Notes under the pieces: generated by a model
The model's input: only the letters and a program-made list of their open reading frames with translations
Told to the model about the DNA's origin: nothing
The model's database searches: none
Made by a program: the position numbers and the translations under genes
In this document: positions 37,030 to 50,669 of the stretch, in pieces
Layout: every line of letters starts with the position of its first letter
Position numbering within the stretch: position 1 is the stretch's first letter
Source of the DNA: Eledone cirrhosa
Taxonomy: Eukaryota
DNA: 64,000 bases
Reading direction: 5' to 3'
Assembly: GCA_964016885.1 (NCBI GenBank)
Contig: OZ024748.1
Coordinates: 27,714,001 to 27,778,000, forward strand

Positions 37030-37657
37030 GTAAGTTTATCCAGGGTTCAATCGGGGGTAACCACAGTAAGTAAGGTACACAGTACAAAGCAGAGTATAAA
37101 TATTTAACATAGAAAAGACTTCTGCAGCACTATAACTGTTTCATTCAGGAGAAATCATCAGGAAGCTTCAGGGTAGTACAGATCATTTTCGAGGTTGAGG
37201 GTAACATTAAGGAAATTGACTCGGGTTAGGGTGACTTTAAAACCCCAGTCCCGGAAGAAGATGATTAGGTGTTTACGGACCCGGTCCGTACTACTGGGGT
37301 TGTACCCTTTGAGGGTAAGGAGCCCATCGTCTCGGTACAATCCACCGCCGAATGCAGTAAACATTTCAGTGAGTTTATGTAGTAAGAATAATCCTATAAG
37401 ATCGGTCACCTCCGCCGAGTCGGTCGCGCCCATACTGACGTCGAAGGGAGAGTCGGGAGCTCTCTTTATCCAATTGGAGTTATCGAAGAGGAGGACTGTC
37501 TTCCTGACGTGGAAAATGATGTTTTTGTTCTGGTCGGTGATGGGTGTAAGTATTTTGGCAAAGTCCAAAGCGGCCGTAAGGAGCGGTAGAGTAATAGAGG
37601 CGTAATAGCTCTCCTGGATGTTACCCTCAACCTCGAAAACGATCTGTACTACCCATA
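37030..37657 (-). mobile_element. Internally deleted PLE: RT core joined to a 3' end with degenerate HHR
   Basis: RT remnant, a 37-bp inverted duplication (37171-37207 and 37618-37654), and CTGATGA-TTTC(TCCT)GAAT-GAAA-CAGTTA-TA at 37126-37167 on the minus strand. Confidence 0.75.
37171..37610 (-). pseudogene. PLE reverse transcriptase core fragment
   Basis: SYYASITLPLLTAALDFA...FDVSMGATDSAEVTDLIGLFLL...GLYRDDGL...VNFLNVTLNL. This gives motifs B', C (YRDD) and E in the PLE style. Confidence 0.9.
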
Positions 37658-38019
37658 CGATGTTCTCTCACAGAATTCATTCCCTCATATGAGGAAATGA
37701 ATTCTGTGAGAGAACATCGTTATTTTTCTCCCTCATATCAAGAATTTGAAGACAATTCATTTTCACCTGATGAGGTCAGTGATAATCGGTCATGGCTTCA
37801 CTATCGATCTATCTCTTATTGAAACATGTGTCGTGATTAAATGATTCGAATTTTACCTTGCCTTCGGATTTTCATTTTGATACTTATACTCCGTTTTACA
37901 TCATCTAGCTGTTCCCTTGAATGGGGAGATATACAAAAGCGTGGAGAACTTGATATTGCTAACATAAAGTTATTGGACCATTTTACACAACCAATAATGC
38001 ACCTTACTATATAACAACT
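37657..38019 (+). mobile_element. Family B element, copy 2
   Basis: Homologous to 541-1012. Begins with a near-perfect 64-bp palindrome (37657-37720) and ends in (TA)n. Confidence 0.8.
37763..37836 (+). ncRNA. Type I hammerhead ribozyme (family B copy 2)
   Basis: TCAC-CTGATGA-long stem II-GAAA-CATGTG-TC-GTGA, with the palindrome ACATGT in the stem III region. Confidence 0.8.
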
Positions 38020-38079
38020 ATATATATATATATATACAATTTCTAGTTGTTATATATATAATATATATATATATATATA

Positions 38080-38202
38080 ATAGGAAAAGTTCAATATCCC
38101 GACGGCAGAGCTCAAGCCGTCTCGACGGGGTCTTGAACTTTTTCCTATTACCCACTCTACTACCCTAAGTATTGAGTACTCTGGTGCGTTATGGTCCACC
38201 AT
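38080..38202. mobile_element. Family G foldback insert
   Basis: TAGGAAAAGTTCAA...TTGAACTTTTTCCTA inverted arms, with a tail shared with 6152-6205. Confidence 0.65.
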
Positions 38203-38298
38203 AATATATATATACATATGTATCTAATATATATATATAATATATATACAATATACATACAATATACAGTATATGTAATATATATATATATCCTACTA

Positions 38299-38325
<27 letters not shown>

Positions 38326-38333
<8 letters not shown>

Positions 38334-38814
38334 ATACTTTGGGAGGGTCATGTTGCCAATAAGAAACACACGCACCAGTTGCTTTCACTTCAATTTATTA
38401 TAATAAATTTATAAATTTAGGAATTTATAAATTTCCGGTTGGTTGGTTGGTTCCACAACCAGATGGTTGTTTATATATTGTCAAAGTTCTTTCGTCACAC
38501 ATTCTGTGACCTCTTCAGTGACTGGGGATTCTTTTTTTTTGTGCCTCGCCTTTGTTCTGTCCTACGCCATCTTGTTTCTGTGTGTGTGACGAAAGAACTT
38601 TGACAATATATAAACAGCCATCTGGTTGTGGAACCAACCAACCAACCGGAAATTTATAAATTCCTAAATTTATAAATTTATTATAATAAATTGAAGTGAA
38701 AGCAACTGGTGCGTGTGTTTCTTATTGGCAACATGACCCTCCCAAAGTATAACAATATCGGTTTCAACACACGTTTTTAGATAAAGAATCTTGCTAAACA
38801 AATTCAGAAACGAA
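38326..38814 (-). mobile_element. Family A foldback element, copy 2 (HHR-like motif at 38480-38522)
   Basis: Inverted arms of 176 bp at 38326-38501 and 38583-38758 plus tail. Flanked by (TA)n. Confidence 0.85.
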
Positions 38815-38874
38815 ATATATATATATATAGTGACGAAACATAAGTCAATTGCATGAACTCATAATCCTTTATTT

Positions 38875-38930
38875 ACTGCTATATATATTTCGATGATAGC
38901 CATTGAATAGCTATGACCTCATCAGGCAGT
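38875..38930 (-). ncRNA. Minimal type I hammerhead ribozyme (family H insert, about 38830-38993)
   Basis: ACTGC-CTGATGA-GGTCATAGCTA(TTCAA)TGGCTATCATC-GAAA-TATATA-TA-GCAGT. Canonical core with a palindromic ATAT loop. Confidence 0.88.
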
Positions 38931-39048
38931 TAGTCAGTTCTTAGATATGCCAGCTCTGTGTTTATAGTGTTGATGGTATCAGAACCTTGGGACATATATA
39001 TATATATATATAAATTACATGAATAAAAGTTCTGTTTAAATCATTTAT

Positions 39049-39097
39049 TTGCTTACAATTGTTTCTTCCAAACCGAGGTTTAGAGTCTTCGGAGCAA
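39049..39097 (-). ncRNA. Variant minimal hammerhead with CCGAAGA core (family I insert, about 39012-39462)
   Basis: TTGCT-CCGAAGA-CTCTAAAC(CTCG)GTTTGGAA-GAAA-CAATTG-TA-AGCAA. Palindromic AATT loop, GUA triplet. Confidence 0.7.
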
Positions 39098-39459
39098 TTA
39101 TTCAGTGATTTTTTACATACTTGACCTCCTTTTCAACACAAGAGACATATAGAAACATATGTATATATTGACTCACAGTGGGTTGACATCCATTATAATA
39201 ATATAGCATGGCAATTTACATACAAAGATTACAGTCATGTTAAAGGACAAAATTAAAGTTAGAATTAAAATAAAAATAAAAATAAAAATAAAAATAAAAT
39301 AAAACATTGGCAGTTTACGAAGATAAAGCAAGAGGAAAGTTTGGAGTAGCCAGTGTATGCAACAGTCACACGTGAGGCATGCACGCGTGTCCTATTTATA
39401 CAAGATTATATAACTATAAAATGTTTTAGTATATACATAACCATAAATAGTATCCTTAA

Positions 39460-39531
<72 letters not shown>

Positions 39532-39951
39532 CTACATTTCATCAAAATACTATTATACTGCCATATTGTTGTTGATGTTATGGTATTCTCACCTGCGTAT
39601 GTTAAGCCGGCCTTCTCGGAGGGTTGCATTTCTAGGCAGTGTCCTGGGGTTTTAATGATACAGATTTATCATAACTGATGCACTACACACCATTTCATAC
39701 ATTACACTCTATACATTACTCTACATACACTACACTTCATACGAATCATCACTGCTTGTCAACAAGACCTAAGAAAGATCTGCTCATCATGCACCGAGTG
39801 ATTTGGTTTCCAACAATTATCTGCCTGTCTGTTTGCCTGTCTGCCTGCATCTGCCTGTCTGTTTGTCTGTCTATCTGCCTGTCCGTCTGTTTGTCTACCC
39901 TTCTTTCACTCAGTCAGTCTATCTGTTTGTCTGTCTGTCTGTCTGTCTGTA

Positions 39952-40003
<52 letters not shown>

Positions 40004-40029
40004 AAACCTCACCTAGGAACGCTTAATTG

Positions 40030-40345
40030 TTGTTGTTTCCGACAACGACAGTTCCAGTTGTTCGAACAACAGAATAGCCTGCTCGCGAAATCAACGTGTA
40101 AGTGGCTGAGCATTCCACAGATATATGCTGCACCTTTAGTGTAGTTCTCCGGGAGTTTCAGCATTGCACAGTTTGTAACAAGATTAGTCTATTAAAATAC
40201 AAGTAAAACTCACCTTTTTTCCAGCCGTGTAGACTGGAGCAACGTAAAGTGAAGTGTCTTGCTTAAGGGCACAAAGCAGCCGTCGAGAATAGAATTCGTG
40301 ACCTTACAATGGCGATCCGAAGACGTTAACCACTAAGCAGCGTAC
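40030..40345 (-). mobile_element. Degenerate tRNA-derived CORE-like SINE
   Basis: Minus strand shows CTGCTTAGTGGTTAAC (A-box-like) and TGTGCCCTTAAGCAAGACACTTCAC (CORE-like). Confidence 0.6.
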
Positions 40346-40609
40346 CTTCACGTAGTTTACAGATGTAGAGATGATACACAGACAAAGAGGAGAATATACA
40401 AGGACTATACAACGATAACGATCATACAATACTATTAAAACAATTATACATACACCACCGACAGCAATACCATCACAAACTCTACAACTCCCCACCTCCA
40501 CCATCACAGTTACCATTATACTTGACGTCACCACCATCATCACCACCACCACTATACAGGAACATTTTCCTCCTACCACCACACAATTTCCGCCATTGCG
40601 ATCTTCAAT

Positions 40610-41735
40610 ACCACCACCACCACAACTAGAACAACCACCACTACCACCAGAACAACTACCACCAGAACAATAACCACCACCACCACCAGAACAACAACTA
40701 CCACCACCACCACCACCACCACCACCACCACCACCACCACCACCACCACCACCAGAACAACTACCACCAGAACAATCACCACCACCACCACCACCACCAC
40801 CACCACCACCACCACCACCAGAACAACCACCACCAGAACAACCACCAAAACCACCAGCACCAGCACCACCACAACTAGAACAACCACCAGTACCACCACC
40901 GACAATACCAGCACCAGCACCAGCACAACCAGTACCACCACCACAGCACCACCACCAGCACCAGCACTAGCACCACCAGCACCAGCACTAGCACCACTAC
41001 CACCACCACACCACCAGCACCAGCACCAGCACCACTACCACCACCACACCACCAGCACCACCACCACCACCAGCACCAGCACCACTACCACCACCACACC
41101 ACCAGCACCACCACCACCACCAGCACCACCACCAGCACCAGCACCACTACCACCACCAGCACCACCAGCACCACCACCAGCACCAGCAACCCATCTCCCC
41201 CTAGTAGCAGCAGCAGCACCACCATTATTCCCCCAGCAGCAACAACATCCACATCAACACCACCACAACCATCATATCAACCCCACCATCGCCAACACTG
41301 CAAACAGTAGTACCACCAGTACTACAACCACTACTACCATCACCATTCCCCCATTTTCCACCACCGCTACACCACCACCGCTACACCACCACCACTACAC
41401 CACCACCACTACACCACCACCACTACACCACCACCGCTACACCACCACCACTACACCACCACCACTACACCACCACCACTACACCACCACCACTACACCA
41501 CCACCACTACACCACCACCACTACACCACCACCACTACACCACCACCACTACACCACCACCGCTACACCACCACCACTACACCACCACCACTACACCACC
41601 ACCACTACACCACCACCACTACACCACCACCACTACACCACCACCACTACACCACCACCACTACACCACCACCACTACACCACCAGACTACACCACCACC
41701 ACTACACCACCACCACTACACCACTACACCACCAC
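40610..41735. repeat. (ACC)n-derived repeats, including a 14-bp CACCACCACTACAC array at 41358-41735
   Basis: Directly visible. Confidence 0.9.
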
Positions 41736-41881
41736 CTACAACTCATTATCACATTTTGACATTCCATTTCAACTGTGGGTTATCTGAGCCAATCAAATTT
41801 TATTACTTTCAGACTGTGTACACATGTATATATATATATATATATACATATATATATACATATATATATACATATATATAC

Positions 41882-41926
<45 letters not shown>

Positions 41927-41953
41927 CATATATATATATACATATATATATAC

Positions 41954-42014
<61 letters not shown>

Positions 42015-42199
42015 TGTGTGTGTGTGTCTATATATGTGTGTGTGTGTGTGTGTATGTGCGTATATGTTTGTATGTGTATACATACATGCATACATATTCC
42101 CAGGCATAGAAACATTCACCTCTCCATGTAAAAAATGTTTCAAGACATGTTTTATGTGGTTTCTTGGATTATATTTGCAGAGTTGTGTGTGTGTGTGTA

Positions 42200-42252
<53 letters not shown>

Positions 42253-42367
42253 TAACAGAGTCATCTAATTGACGCCATATTTATTCTGCAAGTGTACATA
42301 CGCTCACACATGCACACACAAATACACACACACACATGTATATGTATATGTATATATATATATATAT

Positions 42368-42435
<68 letters not shown>

Positions 42436-42438
42436 GTA

Positions 42439-42556
<118 letters not shown>

Positions 42557-42839
42557 AATGTATATAGATATATATATATACATATATATATATGTGTGTG
42601 TGTATATATATATATATAGAGAGAGAGAGAGAAAGGGTGGGTGAATGGTGACATGGTGGTGTGATGGTATTGCGGTGGGGGAGTTGGTGGTAATATTGGG
42701 TTTTTTTTGACAGCTTTTAATCAAAATATCATTCTCGCCTTTTTATAATATCTACGCATACATACACAGGAACACACACATACACACCAACATCTCTCTC
42801 ACGCACACACACACTCTCTCTCTCTATCTCTCTATATAT

Positions 42840-42880
<41 letters not shown>

Positions 42881-43176
42881 AATCAGGATGGATTCAGTTT
42901 GAATATACATATATATATAAATAAATATGTATATTTACATTTACATGCATACATACATACACACACAGACAGACATACACACACACACACACACAAATAT
43001 ATATATATACATATTTATACATATGTATATATTTATATATATATATACATTTACATATATATATATATATATATACATATATATATACACATACACATAT
43101 ATATGTATGTACACATACATATATACATATATATACATATATATATATATATACACATACACATATATATGTATGT

Positions 43177-43260
<84 letters not shown>

Positions 43261-43261
43261 G

Positions 43262-43752
43262 TATTGTAATTTCGTATTTCTAAAGAAATACGGTATGTTT
43301 ATAAACATTTAGAAACTCCAGCGGCCATCGCCACCTACCGGTGTCCAGCAGAAATACGAAATTCCAATACATATCTGTATACAGCTATGCTCGAAGCTAA
43401 ATTCTAATTCTATTCTATTCTAAGTTGAGCCAACTTATGCAGCTTCATATGCAAATGAGATTAATCACCTCATCTACACAGACGAGAAAACTATATACTC
43501 TCGCCTGTTTTCAAAGTCCAGCAATTGCAAGAGCGGAAGGGATCGTGTTGATGAGAACCAGTTCAGTTCGAAATGCATCAACGATTGTCCCCCTTGTTTC
43601 TGCAGGACACCGACAGGTGGCGATAGCCGCTGGTATTTTTGCATGGCTACGGCTTTCTAAATGTTTATTTATAAACATACTGTATTCCTTTAGAAATACG
43701 AAATTACAATACATATCCGTATACAGCTATGCTTGAAGCTAAATTCTAATTC

Positions 43753-43757
<5 letters not shown>
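43262..43757 (+). mobile_element. PLE-type insert with both inverted and direct partial repeats (family J)
   Basis: 43262-43354 is inverted relative to 43597-43711, and 43349-43415 repeats directly at 43692-43755. A degenerate HHR lies at 43541-43586. Flanked by (TA)n. Confidence 0.7.
43541..43586 (+). ncRNA. Variant minimal hammerhead with TTGATGA core
   Basis: GATCGTG-TTGATGA-GAAC(CAGTTCA)GTTC-GAAA-TGCA-TC-AACGATT. Palindromic ATGCAT stem III region, AUC triplet. Confidence 0.6.
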
Positions 43758-43825
<68 letters not shown>

Positions 43826-43887
43826 CACGCGTGTGTATGTGCGTATATACACACACACGGACACAGAGAGAGAGAGAGAGAGAGAGA

Positions 43888-43986
<99 letters not shown>

Positions 43987-44459
43987 TCATAAACTGTAAT
44001 GACTCGCATTGTGAATATATCAAGTGAGGAAAAAGAAAACTTTAATCAAGTGAGACAATCGTCGCAATTTCACAGTTGGTTGTGGCTTTTCTATGTCATA
44101 TTAAATTAAAACCATCTGCATTTAATAAACAACCACTGTACTCTCATTCACGAGTCGATTATACCGTTGATCAAACCACTGCATGCTCATCGTCGAATCC
44201 GACGGAGAATCGATCATAATCATATCTGACCATCAATGTACAAAGATACCTACATAACACACAATACAGCACATATGGATGGGTATATTTCAGATAAGAT
44301 ATATTGATAGACTTCCTGCTGTAAGGTTTGTTGTGTAATCTTGTATATACATATATATATACATACATACATATATGTATGTGTGTGTGTATATGTGTAT
44401 TGATATTCATATATATGCATATTAATAAATAAATATATAGATGTTTACACACACACACA

Positions 44460-44565
<106 letters not shown>

Positions 44566-45045
44566 ATTCTTTGTCTCTCTCTCTCTGTCTGTCTTTTCCT
44601 TATACATTCTCAAATGGCTCGACCAAATCAAATCAAATTTTACAAGGTATTAATATAAGATCCCAGGATTAATAGCATGTAATTATTATTTTCATTTGTA
44701 TTAAAACAATATAACATTTTAACTAAAATATTCTACTGTAGTCAACTATAATAAGCATACATTTTATAACACTGCGACGTCGACTAGACGTCACATTTTG
44801 TATAGGAGTGTGTATGTGTCTGTGAGTGTGTGTGTGTTTGCGCGTTCGTTACGTACGTTAAGCATACACATTATTTTCACACACAGAATTAAAAACACAT
44901 AGAATTAAACACACACGCATACATATATATACACATATGTAATGACTGACAAGTATGTGTGTGTGAGTGTATGTGAGAGTGCATATGTGTGTTAGTATAC
45001 ATACATTTCTGTGACGACTGACATAGCGAACATACACACACATCT

Positions 45046-45083
<38 letters not shown>

Positions 45084-45250
45084 GCAGAGAGAGAGAGAGA
45101 GAGCGAGAGAGAGTGAGTGATGTCCCACAAAGTCTAGAATCGGCTTAAACTATAGATCAAAGTATCAGTTGAATGTTTAACAATATTGCGTTAGCTTTTA
45201 TAAAGCGTACATGTGTATATGTATATATGTGTATGTATATATATATACAT

Positions 45251-45286
<36 letters not shown>

Positions 45287-45287
45287 T

Positions 45288-45417
<130 letters not shown>

Positions 45418-45815
45418 TGTGTATATATATATATATATATGTACGTGTGCCTACTTGCATTTATGTATCAGCAGTGCTAGGGCGAGAAATAAAATTTAAA
45501 TTTTATTTCTAGTATTTGACAAGGCCGGCCGTAACTCGCTCGGTATGCAAATGAGGCTACTCGGTATGCAAATGAGGCTACTTAAGAAAATACTATATAT
45601 TTTCAACCGGTCAACAGACTGGCAGAGGTATACAGTCCTGATGAAGAGTAATGACCCAGAAACATCTTGATTGCTCCTCAAAGCCAGTGTTGAACAAACA
45701 GGTGATGATCGGTCTACGGCACGGCACAGCTGCAAATTGGGCCGTTTGTTTCCAAACGAATCGAACATTTTTATTAATGTTCGACATAACCCATACATAC
45801 ATATGTATATGTATA

Positions 45816-45910
<95 letters not shown>

Positions 45911-46199
45911 TATATGAATAAATTTAGTCCTTCATCAGTGATCTTCCAACCTTCATTGGTATTTCATCGCTTTAATATATATATATATATATATATATAG
46001 GTGTGGGGGTACATGTGCATACTTACATTTATGTATCAGCTGTGCTAAGGCGAAAAATAAATTTCTAATTTTTTTTTTTATAAAGTCGTTTTACACCACT
46101 CTTTGATTTCACAGAACACAGAAAAAATTGATGCTATTTGAAATTAATCTACGGTGTATATTAATTTAGCTTTTTGAGGATAGTGTCATGTTATTATTG

Positions 46200-46842
46200 A
46201 CCTAATTCAGAATACGAGACGGGAAACAAAAAGGTTAAGACAACAAGAAAGACGATCGCAACTTTCTGAAAGTGTACAGAACCTGAGACAGGAAACAGAA
46301 AGATTAAGGCAAGAATAAAGACTATCGCAATAAACAGAGGTTCAATATGAAAATCACCAAGAGGTAAACTCGACGAACACAAAGGAGTCTTCAAGGCAGA
46401 ATAAACTGGCTAAGAGCTGCGTTTTCATATGATCCCTCGAAGAATTATAGAAATGATCCTAAAGTTGCGATTGGTAGCATGGATATCACACTTGGCATAT
46501 ACTGCTTACAGACCGCACTAACGAAGCTAAACACTTCAGAAGTAATGTTATGCGGTTTATTGTTGCTTTTTAGATGACGTCCTTTGGAACTGAAAAAGAT
46601 CCAACTGACTATGGTTATTTCACAACATTTAAAATCCAAGCCCAATGCTACCATTTACTCATCCAGCCTAATAAATAAGCTTTATGATTGTTTTTTTTTT
46701 TATGTCTCTCTCTCACACATACACACACACATTACGGTCTCACCTCATGCTGTAAACCAGACAATACATCCAATACAGTGGTTTTATCTTTGATCCGTCT
46801 TCTCTTAACTGTTCCCCGTGCGAAGCCGGGTACCTCAGCTAG
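46200..46842 (+). mobile_element. Internally deleted Helitron (Rep/Hel N-terminal remnant plus 3' terminus)
   Basis: Remnant peptides are ETERLRQE-type repeats, WLRAAFSYDPSKNYRNDPKVAIGSMD and KHFRSNVMRF..F*MTSFG...TFKIQAQCYH. The 3' end is a hairpin CCCG-TGCGAAGC-CGGG followed by CTAG|T at 46839-46843. Confidence 0.8.
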
Positions 46843-47628
46843 TATATATCACGAGAGCTAGCCACATCCGCACATACATCGGTCTGATCGACGTGAATTA
46901 CTTCTAACAAAGTAGACCAAAGTATAACTCCAGAAAAAAGAAACACACATGCACATACACATATGTTCATACATGTACACACATGCACACATGACACATG
47001 CACACACACGCACATGTACACACATACGCATGCATACACATACACACATGCATATATACACACATGTACACACATACACACGCACACACATACACACATG
47101 CACTCAAATATGCCATCACATGCACGAACACATAGTCGCACACGCACACAAGCACAAACACACTCGCACACTCACGCACACACACATGCACGCATAAACA
47201 GAAACTCACACACACAAACACAAACATATTTCTATACACATGCATAGACGGACACACCGATCAGCATACAATAACAAAAAGAACTGAAACACACAAACAT
47301 ACACAAGTACATATGCACACACACACACATACGCATATATACATAGACACAGACGATACACACACATGCTGTTATATACACAAACATTCACATATATACA
47401 CACACACATAGACGTACACACACATGCTTTATGTACACAAAGATACACACATACACACACACACACACACTGATGTACACACACACATGCTGTTATATAA
47501 ACAAACATACATACACATATACGCGTACACTGACGCACACATACACACGCTGTTATATACACACTCTGACGTACATACACATGCTGTTATATAGACAAAC
47601 ATGCACACATACACACACAGACACACAC

Positions 47629-47659
<31 letters not shown>

Positions 47660-48160
47660 CACTGCTCACTATACCTCCTCCCACCTCTCCATCTCTTGGA
47701 AACGGGGAAAAGTCAATAAATTGTCAACGGATCTCTAGTTGTTTACCTCCAAAGATTGAAGAGGTTGGAAAGGGGGAGGCAATGCTCTTTTTAAATAAAT
47801 AAATAAATAATGAGCATTGCTGTTACAGAGAAAATATTAACTGCAGCAGCAGCGGCAGCAGCGACAACGAAAACAGCAATAACTACAACAACAGCTGCAA
47901 CAGCAACTACAACAGCTGCAACAGCAACTACAACAGATGCAGTTACAACAACAACAGCAGCACCAATAACAACAAAAAAGCATATCAGCACCATTAACAA
48001 CAAAAGCAACTATAGCGACAGCAGCAATAATCACAACAACAACAATAACCACATCAACATTAACAAGCACAACAACAGCAACAACAAAATACCCACAACA
48101 ACAATAGCAGTAAAAACAGCAATAAATATGAAAACTTTATTGATTACATTTGATTGTGTA

Positions 48161-49080
48161 CCAGAAGGATATTATCACGTGGTCCTATCTTACTATATTG
48201 CTAGAAAGATATTATCACGTGGTCCTATCTTACTATATTGCTAGAAAGATATTATCACGTGGTCCTATCTTACTATATTGCTAGAAAGATATTATCACGT
48301 GGTCCTATCTTACTATATTGCTAGAAAGATATTATCACGTGGTCCTATCTTACTATATTGCTAGAAAGATATTATCACGTGGTCCTATCTTACTATATTG
48401 CTAGAAAGATATTATCACGTGGTCCTATCTTACTATATTGCTAGAAAGATATTATCACGTGGTCCTATCTTACTATATTGCTAGAAAGATATTATCACGT
48501 GGTCCTATCTTACTATATTGCTAGAAAGATATTATCACGTGGTCCTATCTTACTATATTGCTAGAAAGATATTATCACGTGGTCCTATCTTACTATATTG
48601 CTAGAAAGATATTATCACGTGGTCCTATCTTACTATATTGCTAGAAAGATATTATCACGTGGTCCTATCTTACTATATTGCTAGAAAGATATTATCACGT
48701 GGTCCTATCTTACTATATTGCTAGAAAGATATTATCACGTGGTCCTATCTTACTATATTGCTAGAAAGATATTATCACGTGGTCCTATCTTACTATATTG
48801 CTAGAAAGATATTATCACGTGGTCCTATCTTACTATATTGCTAGAAAGATATTATCACGTGGTCCTATCTTACTATATTGCTAGAAAGATATTATCACGT
48901 GGTCCTATCTTACTATATTGCTAGAAAGATATTATCACGTGGTCCTATCTTACTATATTGCTAGAAAGATATTATCACGTGGTCCTATCTTACTATATTA
49001 CTAGAAAGATATTATCACGTGATCCTATCTTACTATATTACTAGAAATATATTATCACGTGATCCTATCTTACTATATTA
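48161..49080. repeat. 40-bp minisatellite, 23 copies
   Basis: Unit CTAGAAAGATATTATCACGTGGTCCTATCTTACTATATTG. Internal copies are identical. Confidence 0.98.
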
Positions 49081-49269
49081 CAAAAAATTAATTTATTAAC
49101 TCCAGCAATAGTTAAGGAAGGCGGTTTCAAACCCGGAGTCATCGATTCGGTCTGATTTGAAGTTCAGAACAATTAATGGTGACACTATTGTACGGCTTAC
49201 AGACCTTCTTCGATCCCTTTTATTGGCTTCAGCGAGGTATACTGGCGAAATACTCAGTATATCAGACAA

Positions 49270-49612
49270 AATGATTTGCGGTGTTGAGTTCTGACGTTCG
49301 ATGTTCAAAGTTCAAATTCCACCGAGGTTAATTTTGTCTTTCCTCCTCCTGGGGTCGATAAAATAAAGTACTGGTTAAGTATTGGGGTCGATAAAATAAC
49401 GTATTGGTTAAGTATTGGGGTCGATAAAGTAACGTACTGGTTAAGTATTGGGGTCGATAAAAGAACGTATTGGTTAAGTATTGGAGTCGATAAAGTAACG
49501 TACTGGTTAAGTTCTGGGTCGATAAAATAACGTATTGGTTAAGTACTGGGGTCGAGGCAATCGACTTCCCCTTTCCTCGAATTGTTGGCCTTGTGCCAAT
49601 GTTAGAAATAAT
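49270..49612 (+). mobile_element. SINE copy with an internal 33-bp tandem expansion (about 6 copies)
   Basis: B-box AGTTCAAATTCC, then GGGGTCGATAAAATAACGTATTGGTTAAGTATT repeated over 49351-49555, then the normal SINE tail. Confidence 0.8.
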
Positions 49613-49644
49613 ATTAATTATTTTAAAGTGATTTCAACTTGCAG

Positions 49645-49875
49645 GTGACCCCTACTTGTGTAGTTGATCCCTGCTTTTGTAGTTGATCCCTACTTGTGTA
49701 GTTGACTAGATCTTGTTTAGTTGACTACATCTTGTATAGTTGACTACATCTTGTGTAGTTGACTACATCTTGTGTAGTTGACTACATCTTGTGTAGTTGA
49801 CTACATCTTGTGTAGTTGACTACATCTTGTGTAGTTGACTACATCTTGTATAGTTGACTACATCTTGTGCAGTTT
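49645..49875. repeat. 19-bp minisatellite GTAGTTGACTACATCTTGT, about 12 copies
   Basis: Directly visible, degenerate at the left edge. Confidence 0.9.
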
Positions 49876-50669
49876 TAAATCTAATTTTGTGCTGTAAGCT
49901 TACATTTTGTGTCAAATACTACATACACTTTCATGGTAAATGATCGTTAAAACGTTTAAAATAACAGCCATTACATTACAAATGGTTCTCAGAGAATATC
50001 AAACACTGAGTCATGGCACCTGTCTTAAAGATGTGTGCAGTTCTAAAATTTTCTTAATTTAAACCAAAATATGAACCAATAGAATTCAATTCGAAATAGT
50101 GCCGTTTAAAGCCGAACTCATGTATAGAAATCTGAGCGGATGGTGGTGGCTTACAAAGATTAAAAACAAAACTTTTTTACTTATTCCAACACTCAGGCTA
50201 TGACCATGCAGCCATTCAGTATACTTACTTTTCTCTATCCTATTGCCTCCCACTAAACAATTCGTTATGATGTTAAACTTCTATTGCTTATGGCAGATGT
50301 CTTGTCATAGAATATTCAGTTAAAATTTGGTTCCATATACTCTTACGAACTAGTCATTTATGATTAAAAATATCCTCGAGGCATTACCTTGCGTAATAAA
50401 ACCGTATGCAAGACATTAGACTCCAGAGTGTCGAAAGAGAGGGTGGAGTGTAAGTATTGGAGACGTTAGAAAGTTCGGTGTATTTGCGATATATGACAGA
50501 TTTCATCATAACACTATATACAAACGTGTGTAGTGTGTGTATATCATAGCTACTTCTATGTTGAGCTACTCGTATATACTTAGAAACATATACGTGTAAA
50601 AATCATTAAGAGCTGTATGCTTTATTGCAATTTATCTGCTGACATTTACACGGCTAACATTTACATCAT

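Noticed and set aside
39590-39655. Possible HDV-like ribozyme (CCT-TCTCGGG-AGG)
   Set aside because: No convincing P1, P1.1 or P2 pairing.
45634-45672. CTGATGA...GAAAC motif, plus a 5' half-core near 45925-45945 (minus)
   Set aside because: Stem II barely pairs and stem III is ambiguous. Possibly a decayed HHR, but not supportable.
48161-49080. CRISPR-like appearance of the 40-bp array (also the 38-bp array at 19709-20281)
   Set aside because: No unique spacers, no cas genes, and a eukaryotic context.
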